Of a stretch of DNA of 64,000 bases, positions 11,001-19,526 are shown piece by piece; within the stretch, counting starts at the first letter, position 1, and each line of letters starts with the position of its first letter. A program made the position numbers and the translations under genes. The notes below the pieces were generated by a model that saw only the letters and a program-made list of their open reading frames with translations, had not been told where the DNA came from and searched no databases. Origin of the DNA: an uncultured Actinomycetota bacterium (GTDB taxonomy: Bacteria > Actinomycetota > Actinomycetes > Streptosporangiales > Streptosporangiaceae); assembly GCA_963727015.1 (NCBI GenBank), contig CAVSEV010000012.1, positions 214,131 to 278,130 on the forward strand, written 5' to 3'.

Positions 11001-11696
11001 ATGTATATGAAGACCATTCGATACGTCCTGCCGGGCGCCGCGCTAGGTGCGGTCCTGCTCGGCCTTAGCACACCCAGCGTCGCGCTTGCCATGTCCGCAG
11101 GCGCCCATCCAGCGTCGGCCAGCCAGGGCGACCCAGCCCCTAGCGCCAGCGCAACCCCTAGCGGAAGCGCAACCCCTAGCGGAAGCACAACCCCTAGCGG
11201 AAGCACAACCCCTGACGGCAGCGGCACGGTCCCCGGCGGCAGCGGCACGGTCCCCGGCGGCAGCGCCGCGGCACCCGCTGTGGCCAATGCGACAGGCAAC
11301 AACGCCCAGCCGCCGACAGCGCCTAACCCGAACGGCGTACAACCTAGTGGACAGGGTGGGCCTGGCGGAGGCGGGCCACCCCCACCGCCGCCTCCGCCAC
11401 CAGGCCCGAAGCCATCTCCGCCACCTCCAACATCCCCGCCGTCGCCATCTCCGCCACCTCCGCCGACACCACCGGCCCCGCCGACTCCGATGCCACCACC
11501 ACCACCACCTGGCCCGAAGCCGCCTCCGCCAGCTCCGCCGCACCACCTGCCACCGGGCGGACCCGCGACGGGTGACGGGACGACCTCGAGCGGCACGGAC
11601 AGCCCGCTCGTCGCTGGCGGCATCGCCATCGCCGGTCTCGGCGGCCTGGCCGGGATCGTCGCGGCGCGACGACGGCGCGCGGGAGCCCGACGCTGA
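11001..11696 (+). CDS. Secreted proline-rich surface protein with a C-terminal sorting-signal-like anchor (copy 2, paralog of 10003..10626)
   Basis: 231 aa. Same signal peptide and same C-terminal [51 protein letters not shown]. The middle is a different low-complexity block (TPSGS repeats, polyP). The stop overlaps the sortase start (TGATG). Confidence 0.6.
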   Translation: MYMKTIRYVLPGAALGAVLLGLSTPSVALAMSAGAHPASASQGDPAPSASATPSGSATPSGSTTPSGSTTPDGSGTVPGGSGTVPGGSAAAPAVANATGNNAQPPTAPNPNGVQPSGQGGPGGGGPPPPPPPPPGPKPSPPPPTSPPSPSPPPPPTPPAPPTPMPPPPPPGPKPPPPAPPHHLPPGGPATGDGTTSSGTDSPLVAGGIAIAGLGGLAGIVAARRRRAGARR

Positions 11697-12379
11697 TGCG
11701 GCGCGGCCAGGGCGGCGGCTTCCTGCTGGAGGCCGCCGCCCTTGCCCTCCTCGCGGCCGGTGTGGCGATCGCCATCACCGGCTGGCAACCGCGCTACGCA
11801 CCGCCCCCGGCACCTCCCACGTCCGCGGCACTCGCGGCGCCGGGCAGCCCCGTCGGCGCGCCTGCTGGATCGGGCCGGCGAGCGTTGCCGCCAGCGGTAC
11901 CTCGCCCGCTGCCCTATTCACGGCCTGTGCACGTGGACATCCCTGCGATCGGCGTGCATGCCAGGATCATCAGGCTTGGCCAGAACGCGGACGGGTCCTT
12001 GCAGGTGCCCGCGCTGTCCACGCCCTTCCTTGCCGGCTGGTTCGACCAGGGACCCGCGCCCGGGCAACGCGGCGCGGCGGTACTGCTCGGTCACGTGGAC
12101 TCCGCCTGGACCGGGCCGGCTGTCTTCTACCGGCTTGGCGACTTGCGGCCGGGTGAGTCCGTCAGCGTGACGCGGGCCGACCGCAGCGTGGCCGTGTTCC
12201 GCATCTACTCGGTGGCCCTGTATCCCAAGGACGCCTTCCCCTCGCGCCGCGTCTACGGGCACACCCACCATCCTGAGCTGCGGCTGATTACCTGCGGTGG
12301 CCCGTTCGACGAAAGCGCGGGCAGCTATCTGGACAACACCGTGGTGTTCGCCAGCCTGATCTCGGCGGCCCCGGCCTGA
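11696..12379 (+). CDS. Class F sortase (membrane-anchored transpeptidase)
   Basis: 227 aa. N-terminal TM LLEAAALALLAAGVAIAI, catalytic His in VLLGHVDS and Cys in the TLxTC-type motif LRLITCGGPF, as in SrtF. Translationally coupled to the upstream substrate gene. Confidence 0.75.
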   Translation: MRRGQGGGFLLEAAALALLAAGVAIAITGWQPRYAPPPAPPTSAALAAPGSPVGAPAGSGRRALPPAVPRPLPYSRPVHVDIPAIGVHARIIRLGQNADGSLQVPALSTPFLAGWFDQGPAPGQRGAAVLLGHVDSAWTGPAVFYRLGDLRPGESVSVTRADRSVAVFRIYSVALYPKDAFPSRRVYGHTHHPELRLITCGGPFDESAGSYLDNTVVFASLISAAPA

Positions 12380-12397
12380 CCACGCCCGCACGGGCCG

Positions 12398-13192
12398 TCA
12401 GCCCGGCGGCCCGGGCTCGACAGCGATCTCGATCCCGCGCCTGAACCTGCCTGCCAGGCTTACCATGATCGCTGTGGCCGCGCGGCGCGCCGCCACTTCG
12501 GCCTGCGACGACGACGCCAAGCCCGCAGCCGCTCCGCCCGGGTGGGCAGTAAGCACAAGCCGCACGGTCAGGTCGGTCCCGCAGCTCCCACCGGCCCCAG
12601 GGGTTTCGGTAGTTCCTGGGGTCCCCACGCTACCGTTCACCAGCACAGCCGCCGCGATGTCGGGATCTTCGGCGACAACGGCATCCACCGCGGCGCGAAC
12701 GTCCGGGTCATCCGCTGGCATCGGTGCGGGCCTGGCGCCGGCGAGCGCGGCAAGCCTGGCGCCCTCCACCACAAGTGGCACGGGTCCCGCTACATCGACG
12801 ACCACGGCGTGCGCGGCCTCGGCCGCCGCAGCCTGGCACACCTGCTCAGTTCCCGCGGGCAGTGGCCGAGCGTCAGGCCGCCACCTGCTCAGCGCATCCA
12901 GGCTGGTGAACGCGACGATCGCGCGGCGGCCATCGTGCCCGGTGAGCATTGGTACCGTCATGTCGCTTGTCTTCTCGCGGCGCAGCGCCCGGCCACCCGT
13001 GGCCGTCGCGTCCTCGGTCGCTGTGACGGCGGCGACCACAGGGACGAGAAGCCGGGCCCGTGTCAGCGCCGTCAGCACGGCGTACTCACTTTCCTGCCCG
13101 GCCGCATAGGCGGCGAGTGCGGCCGCGAGCCTCGGTTCCGCGGCGCCATTGTCGTCGCGGAACCGCTGATCCGGCGTGATCAGGCCTGGCAC
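12398..13192 (-). CDS. SseB-family-like protein (hypothetical)
   Basis: 264 aa, Ala-rich. Matching on SEYAVLTALTRARLLVPVV...MLTGHDGRRAIVAFTSLDAL...AVLVNG resembles actinobacterial SseB-family proteins. Assignment tentative. Confidence 0.45.
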   Translation of the reverse strand: MPGLITPDQRFRDDNGAAEPRLAAALAAYAAGQESEYAVLTALTRARLLVPVVAAVTATEDATATGGRALRREKTSDMTVPMLTGHDGRRAIVAFTSLDALSRWRPDARPLPAGTEQVCQAAAAEAAHAVVVDVAGPVPLVVEGARLAALAGARPAPMPADDPDVRAAVDAVVAEDPDIAAAVLVNGSVGTPGTTETPGAGGSCGTDLTVRLVLTAHPGGAAAGLASSSQAEVAARRAATAIMVSLAGRFRRGIEIAVEPGPPG

Positions 13193-13438
13193 GCCTTCGA
13201 GGCTACGTCAGCCGGCGGCCTTCCGCCCGGCCAGGCCCATCAATGCAGGGGCCAGGAACGGGATGCCTCGACGTCGGATTTCACGGCAAGTCCGCGGCCG
13301 GCCGGCCGGCCGAACTGCGATCACGCCCTTGATGGCCGCGGCGCGGCGGGCCGCCAGCACCTCGGAAGCGGTTGAAGACGTTATTTCGCATATGGGATCC
13401 TTCTTGACTGCACAGCAGTCCTGACTCCAGGGAGTGGC

Positions 13439-13924
13439 GTGTCCCAGGGCGCGGTTCCGGCCTGGCCGGTCGAACGTGGAACACCGATGCAGAAGGTGAT
13501 CCCGCCTCGGCTGGTAGAGCCGTATCTCAACGGGCAGCGTACGGTCGTCGCCGGTTTCGTCTACCGGGCGAAGGACAGCGCGCTGCAGGACCCTGCCGAA
13601 CTCTACGACGCGCTGGACCTCGGTTACGAGGGGTCGGAGTTCAGGAGGGACATGCCTGAGGTGTACGTGCTGCGATGGCTCGCGAGGGACATCGACACGT
13701 ATCTGGTTCCCTACTCCACCCAGATGGGTGGCGACTGGCAAGACAAACCACCATTCAGCGGGACTGGTTTCACGTCCTCCCGCCGCCACGTCGTCGCCGA
13801 GTTCTACACGGGACCGACGTGTGTACCTGTTGGCGCGGAGATGTACCGGATCACCCCCTCGGGGGAAGAGTTCATTGCCCAGTACGACGGACGGACCTGG
13901 TTGCGGCCGCCGAGGGAGGTTTGA
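13439..13924 (+). CDS. Hypothetical protein (partner of the downstream repeat protein, 3-nt spacer)
   Basis: 161 aa with a non-low-complexity composition (YVLRWLARDIDTYLVPYSTQMGGDWQDKPPFSGTGFTSSRRHVVAEFYTGPTCVPVGAEMYRITPSGEEF). Shadow ORFs on the minus strand are judged spurious. Confidence 0.45.
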   Translation: MSQGAVPAWPVERGTPMQKVIPPRLVEPYLNGQRTVVAGFVYRAKDSALQDPAELYDALDLGYEGSEFRRDMPEVYVLRWLARDIDTYLVPYSTQMGGDWQDKPPFSGTGFTSSRRHVVAEFYTGPTCVPVGAEMYRITPSGEEFIAQYDGRTWLRPPREV

Positions 13925-13927
13925 GTC

Positions 13928-16624
13928 TTGCGTTACCGGCTGATGGCGACCTACCGCGGAGTCTCCTATGAGGCTGCCATGGGTCCCACCGATGCCGACG
14001 TGGTCTTGTTCGCGTCGAGCCCGCCACACGCGGACTTCGGCTTCCAGGCCGCAGCCGGCTACTGGCGCAAGCGGATCAGCCGTGAGGCACTCGACGCGCT
14101 GTGGGAATCGCGGCCCGTCGGCCGGTACAGATCCGAACCATGTCTCGTGCTCGAGGAGATCGGGGACCGGCTGCACATCGCCCACCTCGGGCACGACGCC
14201 TACCGTGCGGAACGGCTCGGCTACTGGCAGGTCGACCGCGGTGCATACGAGGTGGTCGTGCCGCACGATGAAGTAACCGAACTCACGGATCAGCGGTTGG
14301 ACTATCCGGCGCGCAGGAACCTGGGTGAGGGGATACCCGATGCGTCGAAGTGCGATGAGCCGGCGGCCAGCCTTGAGGCCCCGCCCGCAGCCCAGGCGCC
14401 GTCCGCGGCAGCGCACGACCGGTCCTGGCGTGAGTTCGAGGCGCCGGGCCACGGCCCCGACCGCGGCAGCACGGAGCCGGGCCGCAACGACGGCTGGAAC
14501 GGATTCTCCGCACCGGGCGGCACGAGGGGCGTACAGGGCAGAGGGCGGCGCGGCGTCAGCGGCGCGCACGGCGGCGGCGGGCGCGGCGTCACCGCGCGCG
14601 ACTGGGACGATGCTGGGACGCTGAACGGAGCCGGTTACACGGGCCATCCGCCTTTCGCAAATGGTACCCATGCGCTGCCGCAACCCTCGCGGGGCGGCCA
14701 AGGGACACCGGCCGACGTGGATGGCACGGGGAATTCGAGCACGGGGAATTCGAGCACACTGAATTCGAGAACAGTGAATTCGAGCACAGTGAATTCGAGC
14801 ACGGGGGATTCACGCGCAGGGGATCCAAGGGCAGCGGATCCGACGGCAGCGGATCCGGCGGCAGGGGGCCCGAAGGCAGCGGATCCAAGAGCACGGCGCC
14901 GGAGAGCAGCGGGTCCGGCGGCTGGGGGACCGAAGGCAGGCGGACGAAGGGCAGGGGGACCGAGCGCAGGGGGACCGAGCGCAGGGGGACCGAGCGCAGG
15001 GGGACCGAGCGCAGGGAGACCGAGCCCAGCCGGTTCGAGCGCTGGGACACGCCAGCGCGGCACAGACCAGCCCGGCACAGACCAGCTCGGCACAGACCAG
15101 CCCGGCACAGACCAGCCCGGCACAGACCACAGCACAGACCAGCCCGGCACAGACCACGGCACAGACCAGCCCGGCACAGACCAGCCCGGCACAGACCAGC
15201 CCGGCACAGACCAGCCCGGCACAGACCAGCCCGGCACAGACCAGCCCGGCACAGACCAGCCCGGTCAGAGCCGTCGCAACGCGGACGCAGGCGATGGTGC
15301 TGGCCGCGCCGCAGGGGAGAGCGTCGGCCCGGGCGGGATCGGGGAAGGCAGCAGCGCGCGCGGCCGGAGGGTCGCCGCAGGCCATCGCGCGGCGTGGGAA
15401 AGCGCGGACGAGCGGGCACTGGATGGCGCGGGCGAGCCGGGATCGGGCGAAGGTGCCCGGCAGGCGATGCCTGCGCACAGCGAAGCGGGACCCGGCGCGG
15501 GCGCACGCAGGCCTGGCGGTGGCGCGCACAGGTCCGGTTCCCCGCGGCCCGATGCCCTGGCCGGTCCCACGTCCCAGGAGGAGTTGTCAGGGACCGGCTG
15601 GACGGACGCGCAGGAAACCCGCGCCCAACCACGGCTCCCGAAGCGGCGGCGGGCCGAATCCACGCCGCTGCAGCCGCGGGTCCCTGACTCGGCAGGTTCG
15701 CCGCACGAGCCCGTGACCTTGCCACTGTCGCAACCGCCCGCGGTGGCCGAGGCGGCGGCACCGCCCGCCGCACTCCCATCGGAAGCATCCCCGCAAGGCC
15801 CGCCGCTGTCTGCGCCGTGGGAAGCGCCGCAGTTGGGGCCTCGGGTGGCGGCATCGTCCGCCGACCAGCCCCCGCCGACCGCCGCAGAGCCCTCGGCGCC
15901 TGAGCGGCCATCCACCGCCCGGCCATCGCGCGCCGAGCTAGCCACGGCCCGGCCATCCACCGCCCGGCCATCGCCCGCCGAGCTAGCCACGGCTCGGCCA
16001 TCCCCCGCCGAGCTATCCGCGGCCCGGCCATCCGCGGCCGAGCCATCCGCCGGATCGCTGGCTCCCCCGACGCCGTTCGTGCCGCGGCGACCCGCACAGC
16101 GCGAAGCCGGGCTGCCCACGTCAGGGCAGATCTCCGTCGACCCCTCGTCTGGGCCTGCCTCGTCTGGGCCTGCCTCATCTGGGCCTGCCTCATCTGGGCC
16201 TGCCTCATCTGGGCCTGCCTCATCTGGGCCTGCCTCATCTGGGCCTGCCTCATCTGGGCCTGCCTCATCTGGGCCGCTGCCTCGATACTCGCCAGGGCGC
16301 GACCTCGCCGGACCCACTGGCACGGACGTACCTGGCGCGCCTGGTGGCCGGCGCAGGCGGACCCGGGTGGAGACTCGCTGGGTCTTCAAGGACCTCATTG
16401 ACATGGCCGCGATACCGCACGGCTCCTACGCCGTGGACGAGGAGATAGACGGTGCGCTGTGCCTGATCAAGACCGACGACGGATACGAGGTGTTCATCGC
16501 GACTGATGGCGCCAAACACGAGGTTCGGTTCTTCGACGACGAGGAAGCCGCGTATTTCTATCTGTTCGGCGTGCTTGCCGCGGAGGCGATCCGCGGCGGC
16601 CGGCTGGTGCCGCAGACACAATAA
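13928..16624 (+). CDS. Large hypothetical protein: two globular terminal domains flanking about 600 aa of multiple distinct pentapeptide tandem-repeat arrays
   Basis: 898 aa. N-terminal domain [20 protein letters not shown]...[16 protein letters not shown] and C-terminal domain [75 protein letters not shown] look folded. The middle is arrays of (STGNS/TVNSS), (SAGGP), (GTDQP)x about 14, (ARPS-AEL), (SGPAS)x9, encoded by 15-nt DNA repeats. Confidence 0.5.
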   Translation: MRYRLMATYRGVSYEAAMGPTDADVVLFASSPPHADFGFQAAAGYWRKRISREALDALWESRPVGRYRSEPCLVLEEIGDRLHIAHLGHDAYRAERLGYWQVDRGAYEVVVPHDEVTELTDQRLDYPARRNLGEGIPDASKCDEPAASLEAPPAAQAPSAAAHDRSWREFEAPGHGPDRGSTEPGRNDGWNGFSAPGGTRGVQGRGRRGVSGAHGGGGRGVTARDWDDAGTLNGAGYTGHPPFANGTHALPQPSRGGQGTPADVDGTGNSSTGNSSTLNSRTVNSSTVNSSTGDSRAGDPRAADPTAADPAAGGPKAADPRARRRRAAGPAAGGPKAGGRRAGGPSAGGPSAGGPSAGGPSAGRPSPAGSSAGTRQRGTDQPGTDQLGTDQPGTDQPGTDHSTDQPGTDHGTDQPGTDQPGTDQPGTDQPGTDQPGTDQPGTDQPGQSRRNADAGDGAGRAAGESVGPGGIGEGSSARGRRVAAGHRAAWESADERALDGAGEPGSGEGARQAMPAHSEAGPGAGARRPGGGAHRSGSPRPDALAGPTSQEELSGTGWTDAQETRAQPRLPKRRRAESTPLQPRVPDSAGSPHEPVTLPLSQPPAVAEAAAPPAALPSEASPQGPPLSAPWEAPQLGPRVAASSADQPPPTAAEPSAPERPSTARPSRAELATARPSTARPSPAELATARPSPAELSAARPSAAEPSAGSLAPPTPFVPRRPAQREAGLPTSGQISVDPSSGPASSGPASSGPASSGPASSGPASSGPASSGPASSGPASSGPLPRYSPGRDLAGPTGTDVPGAPGGRRRRTRVETRWVFKDLIDMAAIPHGSYAVDEEIDGALCLIKTDDGYEVFIATDGAKHEVRFFDDEEAAYFYLFGVLAAEAIRGGRLVPQTQ

Positions 16625-16669
16625 TCGTCATCCGCCGGGCCGTGTGCGGTCCCGTGCGGGCAATCATCA

Positions 16670-17965
16670 TCAAGTGGCGCGGCCGCCTGCGGCGTCCATC
16701 TCATCGAGCCACGCCCGCACGGCCGCGTCATGCTGGCCGAGCAGTGGCGGCGGCGCGTGCCCAGGGTAGCCATCCCCCGCGTCCGCAGCGGCTCGCAGGC
16801 CCCCGTTACCCGCCACATCGTCCTCGAACCTGAGCGCCGGGCCTGGCAGCTCGATGCTGCCGAGCACCGGATGCCGCACCGTGATCACCAAGCCCTGGGA
16901 ACGCGTCTGCTCCCACTGATAGACCTCGTCGATGGTTCGTATTGAGCCCGCGGGCACGCCTGCCTCGCTGAGCAGCCCAAGCCAGTGCGCGCAGGCCGCG
17001 ACGACGAGCCGCTCCTCGATCTCCGCGGTCAGTTCGTCCCTGTTTGTGACCCGCAGGTGGTTCACCTGGAACCGCTCGTCATCGGGATCGAGCCCGCCGA
17101 TCGCCGCGAAGCGCCGCCACTGCTGGTCGTTGGCCACCGCGATCTGAATCAGACCGTCAGCGCATCTGAACGCGCCGTAAGGCGCGATCGACGGGTGATG
17201 GTTACCCGTCATGTGCGGCACCTCGCCGGCCACCGTCCAGCGCGTGCCCTGGAACGCGTGCGCGCCGACGATGGAAGCGAGCAGTGATGTACGGACCACC
17301 CTGCCGCGACCCGTCAGCTGCCGCTCAAGCAGCGCGGCAAGCACACCGACCGCGGCGTTCACACCGGCAAGCACGTCCGCGACGGAAAGGCCCGACTTGA
17401 CCGGGTGATCTCGGTCCGGCCCAGTCACGCTCATCAGGCCCGCCTCACCCTGGACGATCTGGTCGTAGCCCGGCCGCTCGCGCTCGGGACCGTCGTGCCC
17501 GAAGCCGCTGATCGAGCAGATCACCAGCCGGGGATTGAGCTCGTGCAGCCGGTCGGGACCGAACCCGATCCGATCGAGCACCCCGGGCCTGAAGTTCTCG
17601 ACGAGGACGTCGCAGTGCCGGGCCAGGCGGGCAAGCAGTTCCCTGCCATCGGCCGACTTCAGGTCGCAGGTGACCGACTCCTTGTTCCTGTTGCAGGACA
17701 GAAAATAGGTACTCACTTGATGGTCAGGAGGCCCGGCGAACGGCGGTCCCCAATGCCTGCATTCGTCACCCGTACCTGGCTGCTCGACCTTGATCACCCG
17801 GGCGCCTAGATCACCCAGCAGCATCGTCGCGTGCGGCCCGGCGAGCGCGCGCGTGAGATCGGCGACAACAATGCCTGTCAGCGGTCCTGTCACGAGAATT
17901 CTCCCTGATGAATGGTTCCGGAACCATACTGCCCCCCGGTTATCGCACGGTACTTGCCGCGGCAT
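16670..17965 (-). CDS. CoA-transferase family III protein (CaiB/BaiF / formyl-CoA transferase-like)
   Basis: 431 aa. GPLTGIVVADLTRALAGPHATMLLGDLGARVIKVEQPGTGD...RNKESVTCDLKSADGRELLARLARHCDVLVENFRPG is the family III CoA-transferase N-terminal signature. True start probably near VTGPLTG. Confidence 0.8.
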   Translation of the reverse strand: MPRQVPCDNRGAVWFRNHSSGRILVTGPLTGIVVADLTRALAGPHATMLLGDLGARVIKVEQPGTGDECRHWGPPFAGPPDHQVSTYFLSCNRNKESVTCDLKSADGRELLARLARHCDVLVENFRPGVLDRIGFGPDRLHELNPRLVICSISGFGHDGPERERPGYDQIVQGEAGLMSVTGPDRDHPVKSGLSVADVLAGVNAAVGVLAALLERQLTGRGRVVRTSLLASIVGAHAFQGTRWTVAGEVPHMTGNHHPSIAPYGAFRCADGLIQIAVANDQQWRRFAAIGGLDPDDERFQVNHLRVTNRDELTAEIEERLVVAACAHWLGLLSEAGVPAGSIRTIDEVYQWEQTRSQGLVITVRHPVLGSIELPGPALRFEDDVAGNGGLRAAADAGDGYPGHAPPPLLGQHDAAVRAWLDEMDAAGGRAT

Positions 17966-18517
17966 CGACGTGCGGCATCACTTGCCGGGGCATCGACGTG
18001 CGGCATCGCCTGCCAGGGGCTTCGCCACAGTGGCCGGACCTTACGGACCAGTAGTTCCTGAGTTGGCGCCGTTCGCGCACATGCGTTGCCCGCAAAGCGT
18101 TAAGGTGCAAAAGCCGACGGGGTTGACGGTCCCCCGCTCCCCAAGCAGCCCCGTCGGCATCTCGACGATGTCCACCGCAATGTCCGCCACCGGCTCGCCC
18201 AGGCAGGTCTCGATGTCCTCGTGGAAGAGGGCGCCGGAGACGCGTCCACCGCGGCCAAGACACGGTGCCCGCCCCTGCCGAGCACCGCACGCACCGTCCA
18301 GCGCCGCCCCGTCAACGTGATCGGCCGGCTCACCCGGCGCATGATCCCCGCCAGGACATGATGTATGAATGAGGACGGCGGGCAGGGCGGACGTCACGAG
18401 CGGGCCAGGCGGGCCCGAGACGGGCGGCGAGCGGTCGGCCGAGCCGGATCGAGCCAACGGCGAAGGGCCGCCGGCCATCACCATGCAGGCCATCACCGTG
18501 GGGGAAACGCCAAACTG

Positions 18518-19430
18518 ATGACGGGCGCAGCGAGCCTCGGGGTGCGGAGCCTGATCGACGGCCCGCGCCGCCCGGCCAGGGTAATCGCTGCTTTCCCGGT
18601 CGCCGTCTACCTGGAACTGAGCATTCCGGGCCCAGAGCCACGGGTGCTCGCGCTCGTCACGCCCGGCGCGGTCCGGTTGCCTAACGCCGTCATCGTGAGG
18701 CGGACGGCCCGCCGAACCAGGCCCGGCTGGAGTTGTGAGCCGCGCCGCAGCCGCGGAGCAAGGTTCGCTGGCCGTGGCCGCGGCGGATGGAGGCGCCTCG
18801 GTGGGTGAGGGAACTGTTCAAGCCGGCCGCATCCGGGTACCGGTCCGGCGCTGGTGGGACCCGTCCCCAGTGCTTGGCCCCCTTTCCCGTGGCCGGCTCG
18901 AGCAGGGCTGCGTTCGGCTCGAGGAGGCGTGCGCCGCCTCCGCTCGGCGACCGGGCCTGGACGGCCACCCAGCGCCAGCGGCCCTGGCCGCCCGCTGCGC
19001 CGCAGGGGACCTTGCGGGTGCGGTCGAAGCGGCAGAAGACCTGGTCGGCCTCGGGCCCGGCCTCACCCCGAGCGGCGACGACGTGCTCGCAGGCATGCTG
19101 CTCGCGTTGCGCCTGCTCGGCGGCGCGCTCCGGGGCGGCACGCGGGCGGTCTGGCTCGCTGACTGGCTCGGTGCCGCGGTCACCAGTGACGCGAGTGACC
19201 GGACGACCTCGGTGTCAGCCACCCTGCTGCATTGCGCCGCCAGGGGGCAGGCGGCCGCCGAGGTCGCGGCCGTGCTCCGCGCGTTCGCCGGCCAGGAGCC
19301 GGCCGCGCGTGCCGCTACCCGGCTGCTCGCCGCTGGCCATACCTCGGGCGCGGACCTGGCCTGGGGACTGGCCGCTGGATGCCGCGCCGCGCTGGCGCTT
19401 TCCGCGAACTTTCGCGGACCCGGGCATTAA
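18518..19430 (+). pseudogene. DUF2877-like protein, apparently interrupted by a frameshift near 18695-18700
   Basis: N-terminal part in frame 2 (MTGAASLGVRSLIDGPRRPARVIAAFPVAVYLELSIPGPEPRVLALVTPGAVRLPNAVIV, ending in junk and a stop at 18808). C-terminal part in frame 0 (18699 onward: ...LTPSGDDVLAGMLLAL...AAGHTSGADLAWGLAAG to 19430). A single-nt indel would join them. Could be a sequencing error instead of a true pseudogene. Confidence 0.4.
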
Positions 19431-19526
19431 GAAGTCCTCCCCGGAGCCGGGGGCGGGCGGCTCATCACGCTCGCCAACGGCGCCCGCGCGTGGTAGCGCA
19501 GCTGCGGCTGTCAGGTCACCGCTTAC

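Noticed and set aside
10451-11788. 445-aa minus-strand ORF (and others at 10107..10559, 11043..11546) across the proline-rich substrate genes
   Set aside because: These are reverse-complement shadows of the poly-Pro/Lys repeat genes (they read as poly-Gly/Trp). The plus strand has signal peptides, sorting signals and a bona fide sortase.
13208-16268. Minus-strand ORFs 13208..14701 (497 aa) and 14589..16268 (559 aa, '[10 protein letters not shown]...')
   Set aside because: These are shadow ORFs of the plus-strand repeat protein. Only the plus strand yields non-repetitive, domain-like N- and C-termini.
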